This document shows, piece by piece, positions 23,429-34,175 of a stretch of DNA of 37,329 bases (position 1 is its first letter; each line of letters begins with the position of its first letter). Origin of the DNA: a virus. The position numbers and the translations under genes are program-made. Below the pieces are notes generated by a model. The model worked only from the letters and a program-made list of their open reading frames with translations. It did not search any database and had not been told where the DNA came from. The DNA is taken from the IMG/VR virus record IMGVR_UViG_3300012138_000002, positions 1 to 37,329 of that record; one strand, written 5' to 3'.

Positions 23429-24888
23429 CAACATTAATAAAAAATAATATTGCAATAACAATACCTGAATCCGGTTATGCTTTCAATCCTATTATAGCCG
23501 AATGTATTAATCCTGATAATAAAAAAATAAATGCTATAGTTGGAGAAACTGCTTTTATAGATGGAGATTATTACAGTTATACAAATTCTGATGCTACACT
23601 AACGTCTGCGGGCTATTACCAAAACGTTAACGGAAGCTCTGTGTTTGTAGCAGACAGCAACTATTTTACAGGTTTTATACCTTTTTCTACAGATAAGGGT
23701 CAAAAGTTGAGATTTAACGGACTGATAGATAAAAATGTTTTTTTTGCGATTCGTCTGTCTACCGGGGATGGCCAACTTGTCGAAGTGAACGGGGCTACAA
23801 GTCCAATAACTAATTTAGATTTATCACTGCCGGAAAATGCTAACGGGATAAGGGTAACAACAAAAGTTACTGTTCCGTTCACATTAAATATCGGCACATT
23901 CGAAAGTGTTGAAATATCTGACATAGCCGTTCAAATCTCCAGTGTTGGATATAACGGTAAAAATTATTTTGATTTATCCGGATTATCCCGATTACTATTC
24001 AATCGTGATGAATTTTATAATGTACAAATGGTAGACAACATTCTCCATAAGATAATGAGGGTGTTTTTTTCATATGATTTAATTCCTATAGGATATGCCG
24101 ATATTAATATCATTTGGGGCGCAAAACAAATAGCGGGAATAGGCGAAAAGATATATAAAGAACTGATATATTTTCCTTCATACCCGTATACAATACCTGT
24201 TATGCGTGACGCGGACAGCAAATTGCGTATGCGTATTGATTCCGGCAATTATTTGGATGAGGTACAGATCTTAGCCGGGGTGAAGTATAATATTCCGGTA
24301 AATCACCCGGAAGCAAATAAAAGTGTAACCATCCGGATAGATAATACTGATGATATTCTCAATGACCAATCCATATTTACGGATGAATTCGACCACACAT
24401 TTAGAGACACGTATGATTCAACCGGAATAACAGTATTGAAAGTAGGGTGTGAACCTTCAGGCGGTATTTATTTAAGATGGATAAACATGCTCGGGGAATG
24501 GTGTTATTTCCTTTTTCGTCCGCAATCGGATGAATTGAAATCTGAAAGTTCGGACATCAGCTTTAAAGAAATATATAATACTGTCAAACCTACGGATCCT
24601 CTGAATGCGGGAAATGTATTATATCATGCCGGCACAGGTCAGTCTATTGCTAAATCAGGTATAAAAACGATGAATATAGCGGCTGTTTTTTTAGATCAGG
24701 ATATATTCGATTATGTTTTATCTATAACATTATCCCCTATTGTCGATTTATATTTAGGTAAGAATAATGATAAAGATACATGGGTGCGTATATCTGTTGT
24801 TGATTCGGAAATAATTAAGTCAAAAGAGGTATTACAAAATATTCAGCTTGAAATCCAATTACCTGATATTTTAAATCAATCGTTATGA
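23425..24888 (+). CDS. Beta-rich virion/tail structural protein (487 aa)
   Basis: Long ATGA-coupled ORF rich in beta-prone residues. It lies upstream of the tape measure gene. Confidence 0.65.
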   Translation: MTTLIKNNIAITIPESGYAFNPIIAECINPDNKKINAIVGETAFIDGDYYSYTNSDATLTSAGYYQNVNGSSVFVADSNYFTGFIPFSTDKGQKLRFNGLIDKNVFFAIRLSTGDGQLVEVNGATSPITNLDLSLPENANGIRVTTKVTVPFTLNIGTFESVEISDIAVQISSVGYNGKNYFDLSGLSRLLFNRDEFYNVQMVDNILHKIMRVFFSYDLIPIGYADINIIWGAKQIAGIGEKIYKELIYFPSYPYTIPVMRDADSKLRMRIDSGNYLDEVQILAGVKYNIPVNHPEANKSVTIRIDNTDDILNDQSIFTDEFDHTFRDTYDSTGITVLKVGCEPSGGIYLRWINMLGEWCYFLFRPQSDELKSESSDISFKEIYNTVKPTDPLNAGNVLYHAGTGQSIAKSGIKTMNIAAVFLDQDIFDYVLSITLSPIVDLYLGKNNDKDTWVRISVVDSEIIKSKEVLQNIQLEIQLPDILNQSL

Positions 24889-26756
24889 GAAGAGAGATTA
24901 CAATAAATGGCTATAATGTTGATGCCGGCAGTTCGGATATACCCAGTATTGTATTTAACAACCCGGCATTGCAGGATATATCCGGTGTTAAACTCAACCG
25001 GACTACAACATATAAAATTCCGTTGACAGATAAGAATAGGAAGATAATAGAACTTATAGATAATGTAAATGCATCATCGGCATTTGCAAGACGGTTTCAC
25101 GCCTTGAATGAACTTCGCGATGGTATTCCTGTTATTGATAACGGGCGAATGCGGATTATTTCAACCGGTTCCGAAAACCTGGAGGCCTCTGTTACATGGG
25201 GAGCCTTGGGTACAATTAGCGATGAGATAGGAAAGGGTAATATAAATGATCTGCCTTCATATATGATACCTTGGGACGATACAGCATATTTTACCACGGA
25301 TGAATTTGAAGTCGGATTTCTTTGGTTTATGAGTATATCCAATATTGATGCCGGCAATGCAAAATTGCAAAGATCTGTACAATGGATTTTACCTAGTGTA
25401 CGTGTGGATTATATCCTGGATAAAATACTAGAGAACGTATCTACTTCCATTTCCATATCAACGAAGTTGCGCGAAGAACTTAAGCAATATTACATACCAT
25501 GTATAACTACTAACGGAACTCAAGAGATACCGACAACTAAAAAAATTGTATTGATGCCAGATAGGAGCGACACTCGATGGCGTTGGGGATATCAGCCGTA
25601 TGACAGGACTACCAGAAATTATAATTATGATATGGACGAGGCCTATTTTGATGTTGTTTATCAGATGCTATCCCTAGCAAGAGATAACGATTATTTTGTA
25701 AATATAAATGTGACGATTACACACCCCGATGCTAGAACCGGAGATACTCTTGAGTTTCGTATCGGGTATAATACCGGTAGTCAAATTGCTTGGGATTACA
25801 AGCATGTTGTGTATTTTAAGGATACAACGGCTATAATAGATCATACAGGCTCATTCAAGATTGATAGCACTCATGAAAAAGCGGAGATATTTACTCAATT
25901 AGTATGGATACATTCAGGATATCAAACACGTTTAGAGTTTGGAAATCCGGGTAATACAGTAACTTGCACGGGCACATTTACATACTGGAAAAAAGAAGGA
26001 GACGGGGCTATATATGGACAGGATTATGACGCGATGTTGAATCTGCCGGAAATCAGCCAACTAGATTTTCTAAAAAATATAATGAGCATTACGGGTTCAT
26101 ACGCACGATTCGTCAACGGCATAATTCATTTTGATTTTGTAGATACTATTTTAGAATCAAAGCCTCTAAATATCGAAAAATTGATATTAACGCCCAAACC
26201 CGACAAATACGAATATGCATGCTCCGATTACGCGCAAACTAATCATTATAAATACGCGGAAGATGACACTGTTAGATTAAACGCAAATGGAATTATATCC
26301 ATTGCGGATGAAACGTTATCCAAAGAAAAAAATGCCGTAGAATTAAAACTCGGAGCCTCTGATCCGGTATTTTATGAAATAGCGTCTGTCCCGGTTTTTG
26401 ATCAACCGGCTGATTTAAACGAAAATCCTATATTAGCATCAAGCGTAAAGACCAGAATATTGAAATCCCGGATATCTCGCGATGAGGAAAATCCGGAAGG
26501 TTTTTATCCTCGGCGTGTTGGTGTGTTTGATGAAAGTATGCTCTGGTCAAACATACTCGAAAACAGATACCGCCTTATCCGCTCACTATTAAACGAACCT
26601 AAAGTAATAGAAGTAGACATGATGTTTTCTGTTGTTGATTTATACAGATTCAACGACGCCGGTTTATATTACTTCTGGGGAGCTTACTGGGTACAGATAG
26701 AAACTACGGTTAATGGTGACGGTACCGCTAAAGGTAAATTTATAATGTTAAACTAA
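24885..26756 (+). CDS. Large tail/baseplate structural protein (623 aa)
   Basis: Long ATGA-coupled ORF. No enzymatic motif recognised. Confidence 0.65.
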   Translation: MRREITINGYNVDAGSSDIPSIVFNNPALQDISGVKLNRTTTYKIPLTDKNRKIIELIDNVNASSAFARRFHALNELRDGIPVIDNGRMRIISTGSENLEASVTWGALGTISDEIGKGNINDLPSYMIPWDDTAYFTTDEFEVGFLWFMSISNIDAGNAKLQRSVQWILPSVRVDYILDKILENVSTSISISTKLREELKQYYIPCITTNGTQEIPTTKKIVLMPDRSDTRWRWGYQPYDRTTRNYNYDMDEAYFDVVYQMLSLARDNDYFVNINVTITHPDARTGDTLEFRIGYNTGSQIAWDYKHVVYFKDTTAIIDHTGSFKIDSTHEKAEIFTQLVWIHSGYQTRLEFGNPGNTVTCTGTFTYWKKEGDGAIYGQDYDAMLNLPEISQLDFLKNIMSITGSYARFVNGIIHFDFVDTILESKPLNIEKLILTPKPDKYEYACSDYAQTNHYKYAEDDTVRLNANGIISIADETLSKEKNAVELKLGASDPVFYEIASVPVFDQPADLNENPILASSVKTRILKSRISRDEENPEGFYPRRVGVFDESMLWSNILENRYRLIRSLLNEPKVIEVDMMFSVVDLYRFNDAGLYYFWGAYWVQIETTVNGDGTAKGKFIMLN

Positions 26757-26762
26757 TGAATT

Positions 26763-29441
26763 ATGGCAGAAAATACAAATACGACAACCGAAGTAGTAGA
26801 TGTTAAGGCAAACTATGAAGAGGCTCTTAGTGGAATAGCCAAATTCAATAGGGAAATTGAACTGTTACAAGCCCATCAGGCTAAATTAAAAGAAGAGCTT
26901 AAGAAAGGAGCGATAAATTCTACAGAATACGGCCAAGCGATGGCAAGGGCGAAGGTTGATATAATCAGTGCGAAGGATAGTGTCCGCTTACTCGAAAAAG
27001 AGATTCGGAACAATATAAAAATAGAACGGGAACAGGAAGGCAGTTTAAAACAGTTAGAGGCTCGATTATCGAAGGCAACAGCAGAATACCGAAATATGTC
27101 AAAGGCCGTAAGAGAATCGGCAGAAGGTAAGGATTTGGCACGGAGTATTAATGAAATTACAACTGAACTAAGCAAGGCAGAACAGGGAATACAGCTATTT
27201 TACAGAAATGTCGGGAATTATAAAGAATCAATTACAAGTGCATTGGCAGGTAATAATCAGTTTGCAGCATCGATATTACAGACAGCAGCATCAGCGGGTA
27301 CAGCCGGCGGAGCATTCAAGGCGCTAGGGTCACAAGTTGCGGCATTCGGAAAGACATTGATGAGTTTGTTGATGAATCCTATTGTTTTAATGATAGCTGC
27401 GATTGTGGCAGTAGTAGTATCATTATCAAAAGCTTTCTCAACGAATGAAGAGAATACAAATAAGCTCTCAATAGTAATGAGTAAGATATCCAGCGTATTT
27501 AGTTATTTATTGAAAGTATTAGAGCCTATAGCCGGCTTCATATTTGACGTACTTATCAAATCGTTTGAGCAATTGACAGCAATAGCAGAAACTGCATTGA
27601 CCGTTCTTTCTAACACTTTGGGGGCTCTTGGCTTTGACAAGGCATCAAAAGCAGTAAGTGATTTCACCTCCGGATTAAAAGAGCAATCTAAAGCAGCTAC
27701 TGATTTAGTCAAGACACAACAACTGTTGATTAAACTGAACAGGGAACAAGTGACTAGGAATGCCGAAATAGAATCAGCATTGCAGAATGTTACTAATGCT
27801 ATGAATAAAGAAGGGATATCAACCTCTGAAAAGATAAAACTTCTCAAACAGGAAGCCGAGTTAAACAAAGAGAAAGCGAGGATGGCTTTAAAAATAGCCC
27901 TTGCAACGAAACAAGCCGCTGAACTTGAAATACAAGTGCATGGCAGAACAAAAGAAGCTCTGGACGCTTTAGCTCAAGCAACGGCAGGGGTAACATTGGC
28001 AACGGCTGCATTAGGTGAGGCATATCATAAAGAAAATGCTAATATAGCGGCTGCCAATAAAGAGGCTATTGCAAAAGCCAAAGAAAGAAGTGAAGCCGAA
28101 TTAAAGGCACACAGAGACCTTGAAGATAGTTTATTAAGGCTTCTGAAAGATGAAGGAGCCAAACAGATCGCAGCTACCGAACAGAATTATAACAGGCAAA
28201 TCGAAGATTTAAAAAAACGATTGAAGGAAGAGAAGAATTTAACTGAAAAAGCCCGCAAGGATATAAACGCAACAATTGTAAATCTCGAAAAGGAGAGAGA
28301 TAATGCGACGGCCGATCTGTGGGAAAAATTTTCGAGCGATGCATTAAAGAAACAGGCCGATATAGAATTGACCAATCTGAACAACAGGCTGGCCGCTATT
28401 AAAACCGAAGGTGAAGAAAGTCTTAAACTAAGGCTGGATATCTTAACCAGACAGCACGATGCGGAAATCAGGGAAGCAGAAAAGACCGGGATTGATGTAG
28501 CCGCTATCCGTGCCAAATACGCTAAACTGGCAGCTGATGAAGAAAAGAAGATAAATGATGCCGCTCTAAATCAGGCTAAATCCGAGAGGGAATTAAAACT
28601 TCAAAATGACATAGCTGCATTACAATTAGCCAATAAACAAACTTTTGATGTCAGGATTGCTGCCAAGCAAAAAGAAATAGACAGCTTACAGCAAAAAGAA
28701 GGCGAGAGTGACGCCATGTTCTTGGAAAGAACGCGTAGTCTGAATATTGAAATAGCCGCCCTTCAGAAAGAAAGGACGGACTATGCAAAAGCGCAAATGG
28801 AGGCAAATGTATTGGCTACAGCTAATATGTTCGGGGCTTTCTCCGATCTATTGGAACAATTCGCTGAACAAAACGAGGCTATGGCTGTATTTTCCAAAGC
28901 GACGGCACTCTTTGAAATATTATTGTCTACCGGGGTTGCGATATCCAAGGGGATAGCAGCGGCACAAGCAGCGGGACCTTTCCCGGCTAATATAGCGGCT
29001 ATAGCTACCACGGTAGCGGCTATTGTATCAGGTATAGCCAGTGCCACACAAATAGTAAAGAAAGCGAAAGAGCCTACGGCTACAGGTACATCGTCTGTGT
29101 CGTCCGGAGGAAGTGTGAGCTATTTCAGTGAGGGCGGCCTTGTGGATGGTCCCGGTACCGGAACCTCCGATAGCGTTCCCGCCATGCTATCCAACGGGGA
29201 ATATGTAATGACGGCGCGGGCGACAAATATGTTTGCTCCTTTACTATCAGCATTGAATCAAATAGGAGCAGGTGTACCCATAAGTACATCCGGAGCGCTG
29301 GGACAAGCATATGATACAACAGCGATAGGTAAAATAATTGCAAAGGAAATGGGGAACATGCCTACTCCTGTTGTTCGTGTTACGGAGATCAATAATGTAC
29401 AAAACCGGGTGAAAGTGCTGGAGTCAGATGCCACAGTTTAA
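26763..29441 (+). CDS. Tail tape measure protein
   Basis: 892 aa with long coiled-coil stretches and Gly/Ala-rich hydrophobic segments (AGTAGGAFKALG..., IVLMIAAIVAVVVSL). The C-terminal GPGTGTSDSVPAMLSNGEYVMTA motif is common in tape measure proteins. Confidence 0.8.
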   Translation: MAENTNTTTEVVDVKANYEEALSGIAKFNREIELLQAHQAKLKEELKKGAINSTEYGQAMARAKVDIISAKDSVRLLEKEIRNNIKIEREQEGSLKQLEARLSKATAEYRNMSKAVRESAEGKDLARSINEITTELSKAEQGIQLFYRNVGNYKESITSALAGNNQFAASILQTAASAGTAGGAFKALGSQVAAFGKTLMSLLMNPIVLMIAAIVAVVVSLSKAFSTNEENTNKLSIVMSKISSVFSYLLKVLEPIAGFIFDVLIKSFEQLTAIAETALTVLSNTLGALGFDKASKAVSDFTSGLKEQSKAATDLVKTQQLLIKLNREQVTRNAEIESALQNVTNAMNKEGISTSEKIKLLKQEAELNKEKARMALKIALATKQAAELEIQVHGRTKEALDALAQATAGVTLATAALGEAYHKENANIAAANKEAIAKAKERSEAELKAHRDLEDSLLRLLKDEGAKQIAATEQNYNRQIEDLKKRLKEEKNLTEKARKDINATIVNLEKERDNATADLWEKFSSDALKKQADIELTNLNNRLAAIKTEGEESLKLRLDILTRQHDAEIREAEKTGIDVAAIRAKYAKLAADEEKKINDAALNQAKSERELKLQNDIAALQLANKQTFDVRIAAKQKEIDSLQQKEGESDAMFLERTRSLNIEIAALQKERTDYAKAQMEANVLATANMFGAFSDLLEQFAEQNEAMAVFSKATALFEILLSTGVAISKGIAAAQAAGPFPANIAAIATTVAAIVSGIASATQIVKKAKEPTATGTSSVSSGGSVSYFSEGGLVDGPGTGTSDSVPAMLSNGEYVMTARATNMFAPLLSALNQIGAGVPISTSGALGQAYDTTAIGKIIAKEMGNMPTPVVRVTEINNVQNRVKVLESDATV

Positions 29442-29458
29442 ACTACGCGTATAAAGAA

Positions 29459-29483
29459 AGGCCTGTTTATCGCAAACAGGCCT
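29459..29483 (+). terminator. Strong hairpin terminator after the tape measure gene
   Basis: A 10-bp perfect stem AGGCCTGTTT (29459-29468) pairs with AAACAGGCCT (29474-29483) around the loop ATCGC, followed by CTTCTATTCT. Confidence 0.75.
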
Positions 29484-29598
29484 CTTCTATTCTATGAATC
29501 ACACACATATTAGCACAAATAAAATTCAAAGTGAAACGTATCGCAAATATAAGTATAAATATTTTAATCTTAAATTGAATTATTGATTATTATTTTTA

Positions 29599-29606
29599 TA
29601 TATTTG
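29599..29606 (+). promoter_or_regulatory. -7 box TATATTTG in front of the head operon
   Basis: Matches TAnnTTTG 34 nt upstream of ATG 29641, inside a 199-nt AT-rich gap. Confidence 0.45.
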
Positions 29607-29640
29607 CTTTGTATTTCAAAGTACTTTAATATAAAAAGTT

Positions 29641-30744
29641 ATGGTAAACATAAAGGGCATAATAGGTAAGGATATTACATATGTCGGCTTTCTCGCCCAG
29701 TTGGAAAGTGAAAAGAAATCCTCTGATAGAACAATAGAAATTGAGATTCAAAGTGTCGGCGGTTATGCTGATGACGGCCTTTCTATGTATTACCATCTGT
29801 TGGAATTAAAAAACGAAGGATATAATATCATTACCCGGTGCATAAAGGAATGTGCCAGTATAGCCAGTATTGTATTCCTTGCCGGGGATAAACGTATATG
29901 CATGTGTCCTATAATGATTCATAACCCCTGGACAACCGCAGAGGGGGATTCAAACTTCTTGAACGAGCGGACAAAAGAACTGCAGGCCGTAGAGAAGGAA
30001 CTGGAGGAGATATATCAGACATGCAGCCCGTTAAGCGCGAAAGTCATTTCCGATCTAATGGACCGTGAAACCTACATATCACCCACGGAAGCCGTATCAC
30101 TGGGACTCGCTACCGAATCCGGTTCCGAAGTTATGGCGATGTGCAGAAATAATATAAACGTGAATATTAATTTAAAATCAAGAAAAATGAGTAAAAGTAA
30201 AACGACTTGGAAATCATTGAAAGAAAAGCTTGGTCTGGCACTTGCTAAAAATGTTATAAAGGCAATGCAACTGGAAACTATCAGCGGAACAATGCTTGAA
30301 GTAGACAGGGAGGACGGCGTTCCGCAAGTAGGCGACGCTGCCAGTCCGGTAGGTGTGCATGAACTGCCGGAAGGCCTTATTATCACCGTGGAGGAAATAG
30401 ACGGAGTTTCTCAAATCACTAACATTACGGAAGTAGCTCCTGAAGATACTCCTATACCCGAAGAGGTTACACAGCTTATCGAAGAGTTGATACAGGAAAA
30501 TGTCGCTTTGAAAGCAAATGCGAAGAGCGATGAAGATAAGCGCATACTGAATGCCGTATCATTGGCCGGGGGTATTGAAAAACTGATTGCCGGTACCGGG
30601 AAAGTTCAATCGGCTTATACTGCGGCCCGGCGCACGACTATCACGCCAAATTCACAGGGAGCGTCAGGCTCTTCTTTGCTGGCGTCTAAACTGGAAGAGG
30701 CACGGTCTAAAGCGATGGAAAAGAGTAAAAAAGTTAAAAAATAA
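29641..30744 (+). CDS. ClpP/S14-like prohead protease with a C-terminal scaffold-like extension
   Basis: IQSVGGYADDGLSMYYHL...CASIASIVFLAGDKR...MIHNPW is the ClpP-family layout. The C-terminal half is acidic, Ala-rich and helical. Confidence 0.8.
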   Translation: MVNIKGIIGKDITYVGFLAQLESEKKSSDRTIEIEIQSVGGYADDGLSMYYHLLELKNEGYNIITRCIKECASIASIVFLAGDKRICMCPIMIHNPWTTAEGDSNFLNERTKELQAVEKELEEIYQTCSPLSAKVISDLMDRETYISPTEAVSLGLATESGSEVMAMCRNNINVNINLKSRKMSKSKTTWKSLKEKLGLALAKNVIKAMQLETISGTMLEVDREDGVPQVGDAASPVGVHELPEGLIITVEEIDGVSQITNITEVAPEDTPIPEEVTQLIEELIQENVALKANAKSDEDKRILNAVSLAGGIEKLIAGTGKVQSAYTAARRTTITPNSQGASGSSLLASKLEEARSKAMEKSKKVKK

Positions 30745-30749
30745 AAGAT

Positions 30750-31832
30750 ATGGGAAGTACAGCACTAAACTATATTAATAATTTCACTGTAAGCAACCAG
30801 GGAATAACCGATCTGCGGGAACTTCTGATGCTGTCAGTGCTTAAGACCGGTTCTCTTCCGGAAGTCTTAAATATGAATTACGGCGTGCGTAACGGGAAGA
30901 GGATCGGCGGCGTAGGTGAATTCGGCCTTGTCGGTAAGAGCGCCCCGATGTGTAATCCGCAGTTCAACAATACCAATCTTGCGACACAGGAGAAAGTGTG
31001 GGAACTGGGTAATGTATCGATTCTTGAAAGGCTTTGTGCCGATGATTTTGTTGATACAATGGTAAAATTCAGTATGGGCACAGGTAATGATAAGGCTGAT
31101 ATGACAGGTGATGACCTGATGAGCATAGTTATTGAGCCCCGCCTTGCTTTAGCCCTTGAAAGAACTCTCTGGCGTGTATTCTGGTTTGGGGATAAGAATG
31201 CAGCGAATATCGGTGCCGGCGGAATTATAACAACGGGAATTGATGTTGATTTTTTCAACATGACAGACGGGTTGTTTAAACGCCTGTTCGCTATTGCACC
31301 GACCGGAAGTAAGCAGCATGTATCCATTGCCGCCAATGCGCAGGCAACATACCGGCTTCAGCATGATTCTATGTTCACACAGGGGGCGGCTACTTCCGTG
31401 GTGGATGAACTTATTTACAATGCAGATATGCGTTTGCGCCAGTCATCCGATAAATTTGTTTTGTGTACGCAATCTTTTGCAGATGCATTAGCATCCGATA
31501 TAAAGAAAAGCAACAAAGGAAGTGACCTGCAATGGGAATCATTGTTCGATGGTCTTGTATACGCTACCCGCTATAACGGTGAGACAATTATAGCCCTGCC
31601 GGTGTGGGATGAGATGATACGGGCATTTGAGGACGACGGTACAAAATGGAACAACCCTCACCGTGCCGTATATGCATCCAAGAATACGTTAATGGCCGGG
31701 ATTGAATCCTCTGATTTACTGGGAGCCTTGAAAATATGGTTCTCCGATGATGACCAGGATGTCAAAATTATTGCCCGAGACGATGTAGGAACAATGATCT
31801 GGGAGGACGATCTTATAATGATGGCTTATTAA
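30750..31832 (+). CDS. Major capsid protein (putative)
   Basis: A 360-aa ORF directly after the protease/scaffold gene and followed by a hairpin. The assignment rests on position and size only. Confidence 0.6.
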   Translation: MGSTALNYINNFTVSNQGITDLRELLMLSVLKTGSLPEVLNMNYGVRNGKRIGGVGEFGLVGKSAPMCNPQFNNTNLATQEKVWELGNVSILERLCADDFVDTMVKFSMGTGNDKADMTGDDLMSIVIEPRLALALERTLWRVFWFGDKNAANIGAGGIITTGIDVDFFNMTDGLFKRLFAIAPTGSKQHVSIAANAQATYRLQHDSMFTQGAATSVVDELIYNADMRLRQSSDKFVLCTQSFADALASDIKKSNKGSDLQWESLFDGLVYATRYNGETIIALPVWDEMIRAFEDDGTKWNNPHRAVYASKNTLMAGIESSDLLGALKIWFSDDDQDVKIIARDDVGTMIWEDDLIMMAY

Positions 31833-31845
31833 TTACAAATAACAA

Positions 31846-31869
31846 GGCAGCGCATTCATTTGTGCTGCC
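31846..31869 (+). terminator. Hairpin after the capsid gene (attenuator or mRNA stabiliser)
   Basis: GGCAGCGCA (31846-31854) pairs with TGTGCTGCC (31861-31869) with one G-T pair. No U-tract follows. Confidence 0.45.
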
Positions 31870-31887
31870 TGTAAAATAAAAAGGAAT

Positions 31888-32490
31888 ATGAATACAAATT
31901 ATTGCGATGCAATTATTTCAAAAGATATAGCCGCCGATTGTAAAAATCTCATAACAAGAGGCGTTGAAAGCCGGGGAGTTATTATGAACCGCTCCGATAT
32001 TGATTTCGACCAGCTGAAATATAATGCTATCCGTGGAAATGTTGTTGAGGATTTGGTACTCAATGCCGATAGTAAAGGATTCCAGATAATAATTCCCGGA
32101 GCAGAGCCTTTTTCGGGTACGGGATCAACTTTGGGGGAAGGCATCCTCAATACAATGACCAATACGGTAGGTATTATCATATTGGCTAACGATCCGGATG
32201 TCTGCGGACAGATCATAGACGGGCTGATGAACGGTTCATTTGTAGTTATTGTCGAAAACAGGTATAAGAATATAAATAAAGATTCGAATAAAGGCGATGG
32301 TATTTATCAAATATATGGTTTATCGACAGGTTTACGGGCGACTACCCTTGAACATGATAAATACAGTACGGACACTAATGGGGGATGGAATGTTGTATTG
32401 ACCGAAGAGGGAGCGCCGGCATCAGGTATATTTTTATATGCTACCGATTTAGCTACAACCCGTGCCTTGTTTGAATCATTGACGGCATAA
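31888..32490 (+). CDS. Virion structural-region protein (200 aa)
   Basis: ATG ORF after the capsid gene. No motif recognised. Confidence 0.6.
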   Translation: MNTNYCDAIISKDIAADCKNLITRGVESRGVIMNRSDIDFDQLKYNAIRGNVVEDLVLNADSKGFQIIIPGAEPFSGTGSTLGEGILNTMTNTVGIIILANDPDVCGQIIDGLMNGSFVVIVENRYKNINKDSNKGDGIYQIYGLSTGLRATTLEHDKYSTDTNGGWNVVLTEEGAPASGIFLYATDLATTRALFESLTA

Positions 32491-32987
32491 TGATGAATAT
32501 ACCTGATTTTGAAAATACCCTGAATAGGCTTGTAACTAACAATGTCAAAAATAATACGGGTTTTTCAAGTGAAGAGAAGGTATTTATTGAAGATGCCTGT
32601 AAATGGGTACTCGGGCGTATTTTTAATAAAACATCATGCGGAAGTTGCTATATGGATACGCTTATAGAGGTTAATGTTAGATATTCGAAAACAAAACAAA
32701 TCAACATGATAGACAGCAGCTTTAAATTAAAAAACGGGGCTATTCTCAGGTCTGAAAAAATAAGGGATATCGTCAGTTTCAAAAATATAACAGATGAAGT
32801 GTGCGTAAAATTTCTTTACCATCATCCCGAGTTGATAAATAAGTTCAGCCAGGTTCCCGACAATTTGAACCAATTGATTGCCGATTATGGGAACTCGATT
32901 GAAAAAGAGCCAATAACCGGCAAAGAACCCGATAAAGTCATTCAAGGAACCAAGGTTATAAAGAAACCGGCAAAAAAAGACAGATAA
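32490..32987 (+). CDS. Hypothetical structural-region protein (165 aa)
   Basis: TAATG overlap with the upstream gene. Confidence 0.6.
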   Translation: MMNIPDFENTLNRLVTNNVKNNTGFSSEEKVFIEDACKWVLGRIFNKTSCGSCYMDTLIEVNVRYSKTKQINMIDSSFKLKNGAILRSEKIRDIVSFKNITDEVCVKFLYHHPELINKFSQVPDNLNQLIADYGNSIEKEPITGKEPDKVIQGTKVIKKPAKKDR

Positions 32988-32990
32988 AAC

Positions 32991-34175
32991 GTGAGGGTAA
33001 GCACATTAAAAGGCCTCGAACCGAGGTTCAGCGCGCCGAATATCAAAAATCTGGGTATTCAGGCCTGGGGAGATGATAATTTATACCCCCAGAATATTTC
33101 AAAAGTCATCTCATCAAGTGATTCAGGCGTGTTGTGTCTTAACCGATATATCGATTTTATTGCCGGGAACGGATTTGAGAATGAAGTATTTTCCGGTATG
33201 GATGTGAATTTTTTCGGAGACACCGCGGATGACCTGTTACAGATGCTGGCTTATGATGTCGCAAACTATAACGGTTTAGCTATCCATGTCAATTACAACA
33301 TACTTGGCAAAATAGTATCTATGCAGCACGTCCCGTTTGAAAACTGTAGGCTCGGAGAGCTGGATGAGTTTGGAGGTATTTCCAAAATAGCCGTATTTCC
33401 TGATTGGGAAGGTGTAAAAACCTATGCAGGCAAAAAGATGCGTCCTACCCCCGAAAATGTAGACTATATTGATATTTTCAACCCGGAACCCGAATTTGTA
33501 AAAGCGCAGATCGAATTAGCCGGAGGGATAGATAAATATAACGGTCAGATTCTTTGGGTCAGTGCAGCCGGAAGGCACGTATATCCGGCTGCAAAATATG
33601 ATACTGTCGTAAGCTATTTAAGTTGTGAGGATGCATTGGGTAATATCTCTAACAGGAATTTAAAATATGGCCTTTTTTCAGCGGGTATGCTTTTGGTTCG
33701 AAAAGGTTCTGATACTCCGGAAGCCGGGGATTCATTCAGTGATATAGAAGAGGCTGTAAAAAGGCTGCAAGGAGATCAAAAATGCCAGAATATAGCAGTT
33801 GCTGAATATGAGCAGGAGGAAGACAAGCCTGAATTTGTCTCTTTCAGGGGTGAAAACTATGATAAAGAATTCACTGTGACCAGCCAGAACGCGACAGAAC
33901 GCATTTATGCCGCATTCTCCCAGGAATCATTTTATCGGATACGGCAAGGGTCAGTAGGTTTTAATTCGGAGATGATCGCGGATGCTTTTGAATTATACAG
34001 TACCACAACATCCACGCAAAGGCGGATGATAGAACGGGCGTTAGATAAAATTGTTGTAAACTGGCATATTCCTATAAGCGAAAACAATACAGCTATATCT
34101 CCATTGAAATATGAATCGATAAATAAAGATAAAAATGAAATATTATCTACTAACAATGCCGGAATTAAGGGATAA
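32991..34175 (+). CDS. Putative portal protein (394 aa, GTG start)
   Basis: The size and the N-terminal QAWGDDNLYPQNISKVISSSDSGVLCLNRYIDFIAGNGF resemble small portal proteins (weak recollection). No other portal candidate is evident. Confidence 0.4.
   Translation: MRVSTLKGLEPRFSAPNIKNLGIQAWGDDNLYPQNISKVISSSDSGVLCLNRYIDFIAGNGFENEVFSGMDVNFFGDTADDLLQMLAYDVANYNGLAIHVNYNILGKIVSMQHVPFENCRLGELDEFGGISKIAVFPDWEGVKTYAGKKMRPTPENVDYIDIFNPEPEFVKAQIELAGGIDKYNGQILWVSAAGRHVYPAAKYDTVVSYLSCEDALGNISNRNLKYGLFSAGMLLVRKGSDTPEAGDSFSDIEEAVKRLQGDQKCQNIAVAEYEQEEDKPEFVSFRGENYDKEFTVTSQNATERIYAAFSQESFYRIRQGSVGFNSEMIADAFELYSTTTSTQRRMIERALDKIVVNWHIPISENNTAISPLKYESINKDKNEILSTNNAGIKG

Noticed and set aside
23733-24690. T7-T8 homopolymer tracts inside the 487-aa structural gene (near 23738, 24064 and 24686) as possible phase-variation sites
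   Set aside because: Runs of this length are expected in a genome this AT-rich, and the ORF is intact. Nothing suggests switching.
30878-31336. 152-aa minus-strand ORF
   Set aside because: It lies antisense inside the putative capsid gene. Its composition is Arg/Ser/Pro-rich, which is typical of an antisense frame in G+C-richer coding DNA.
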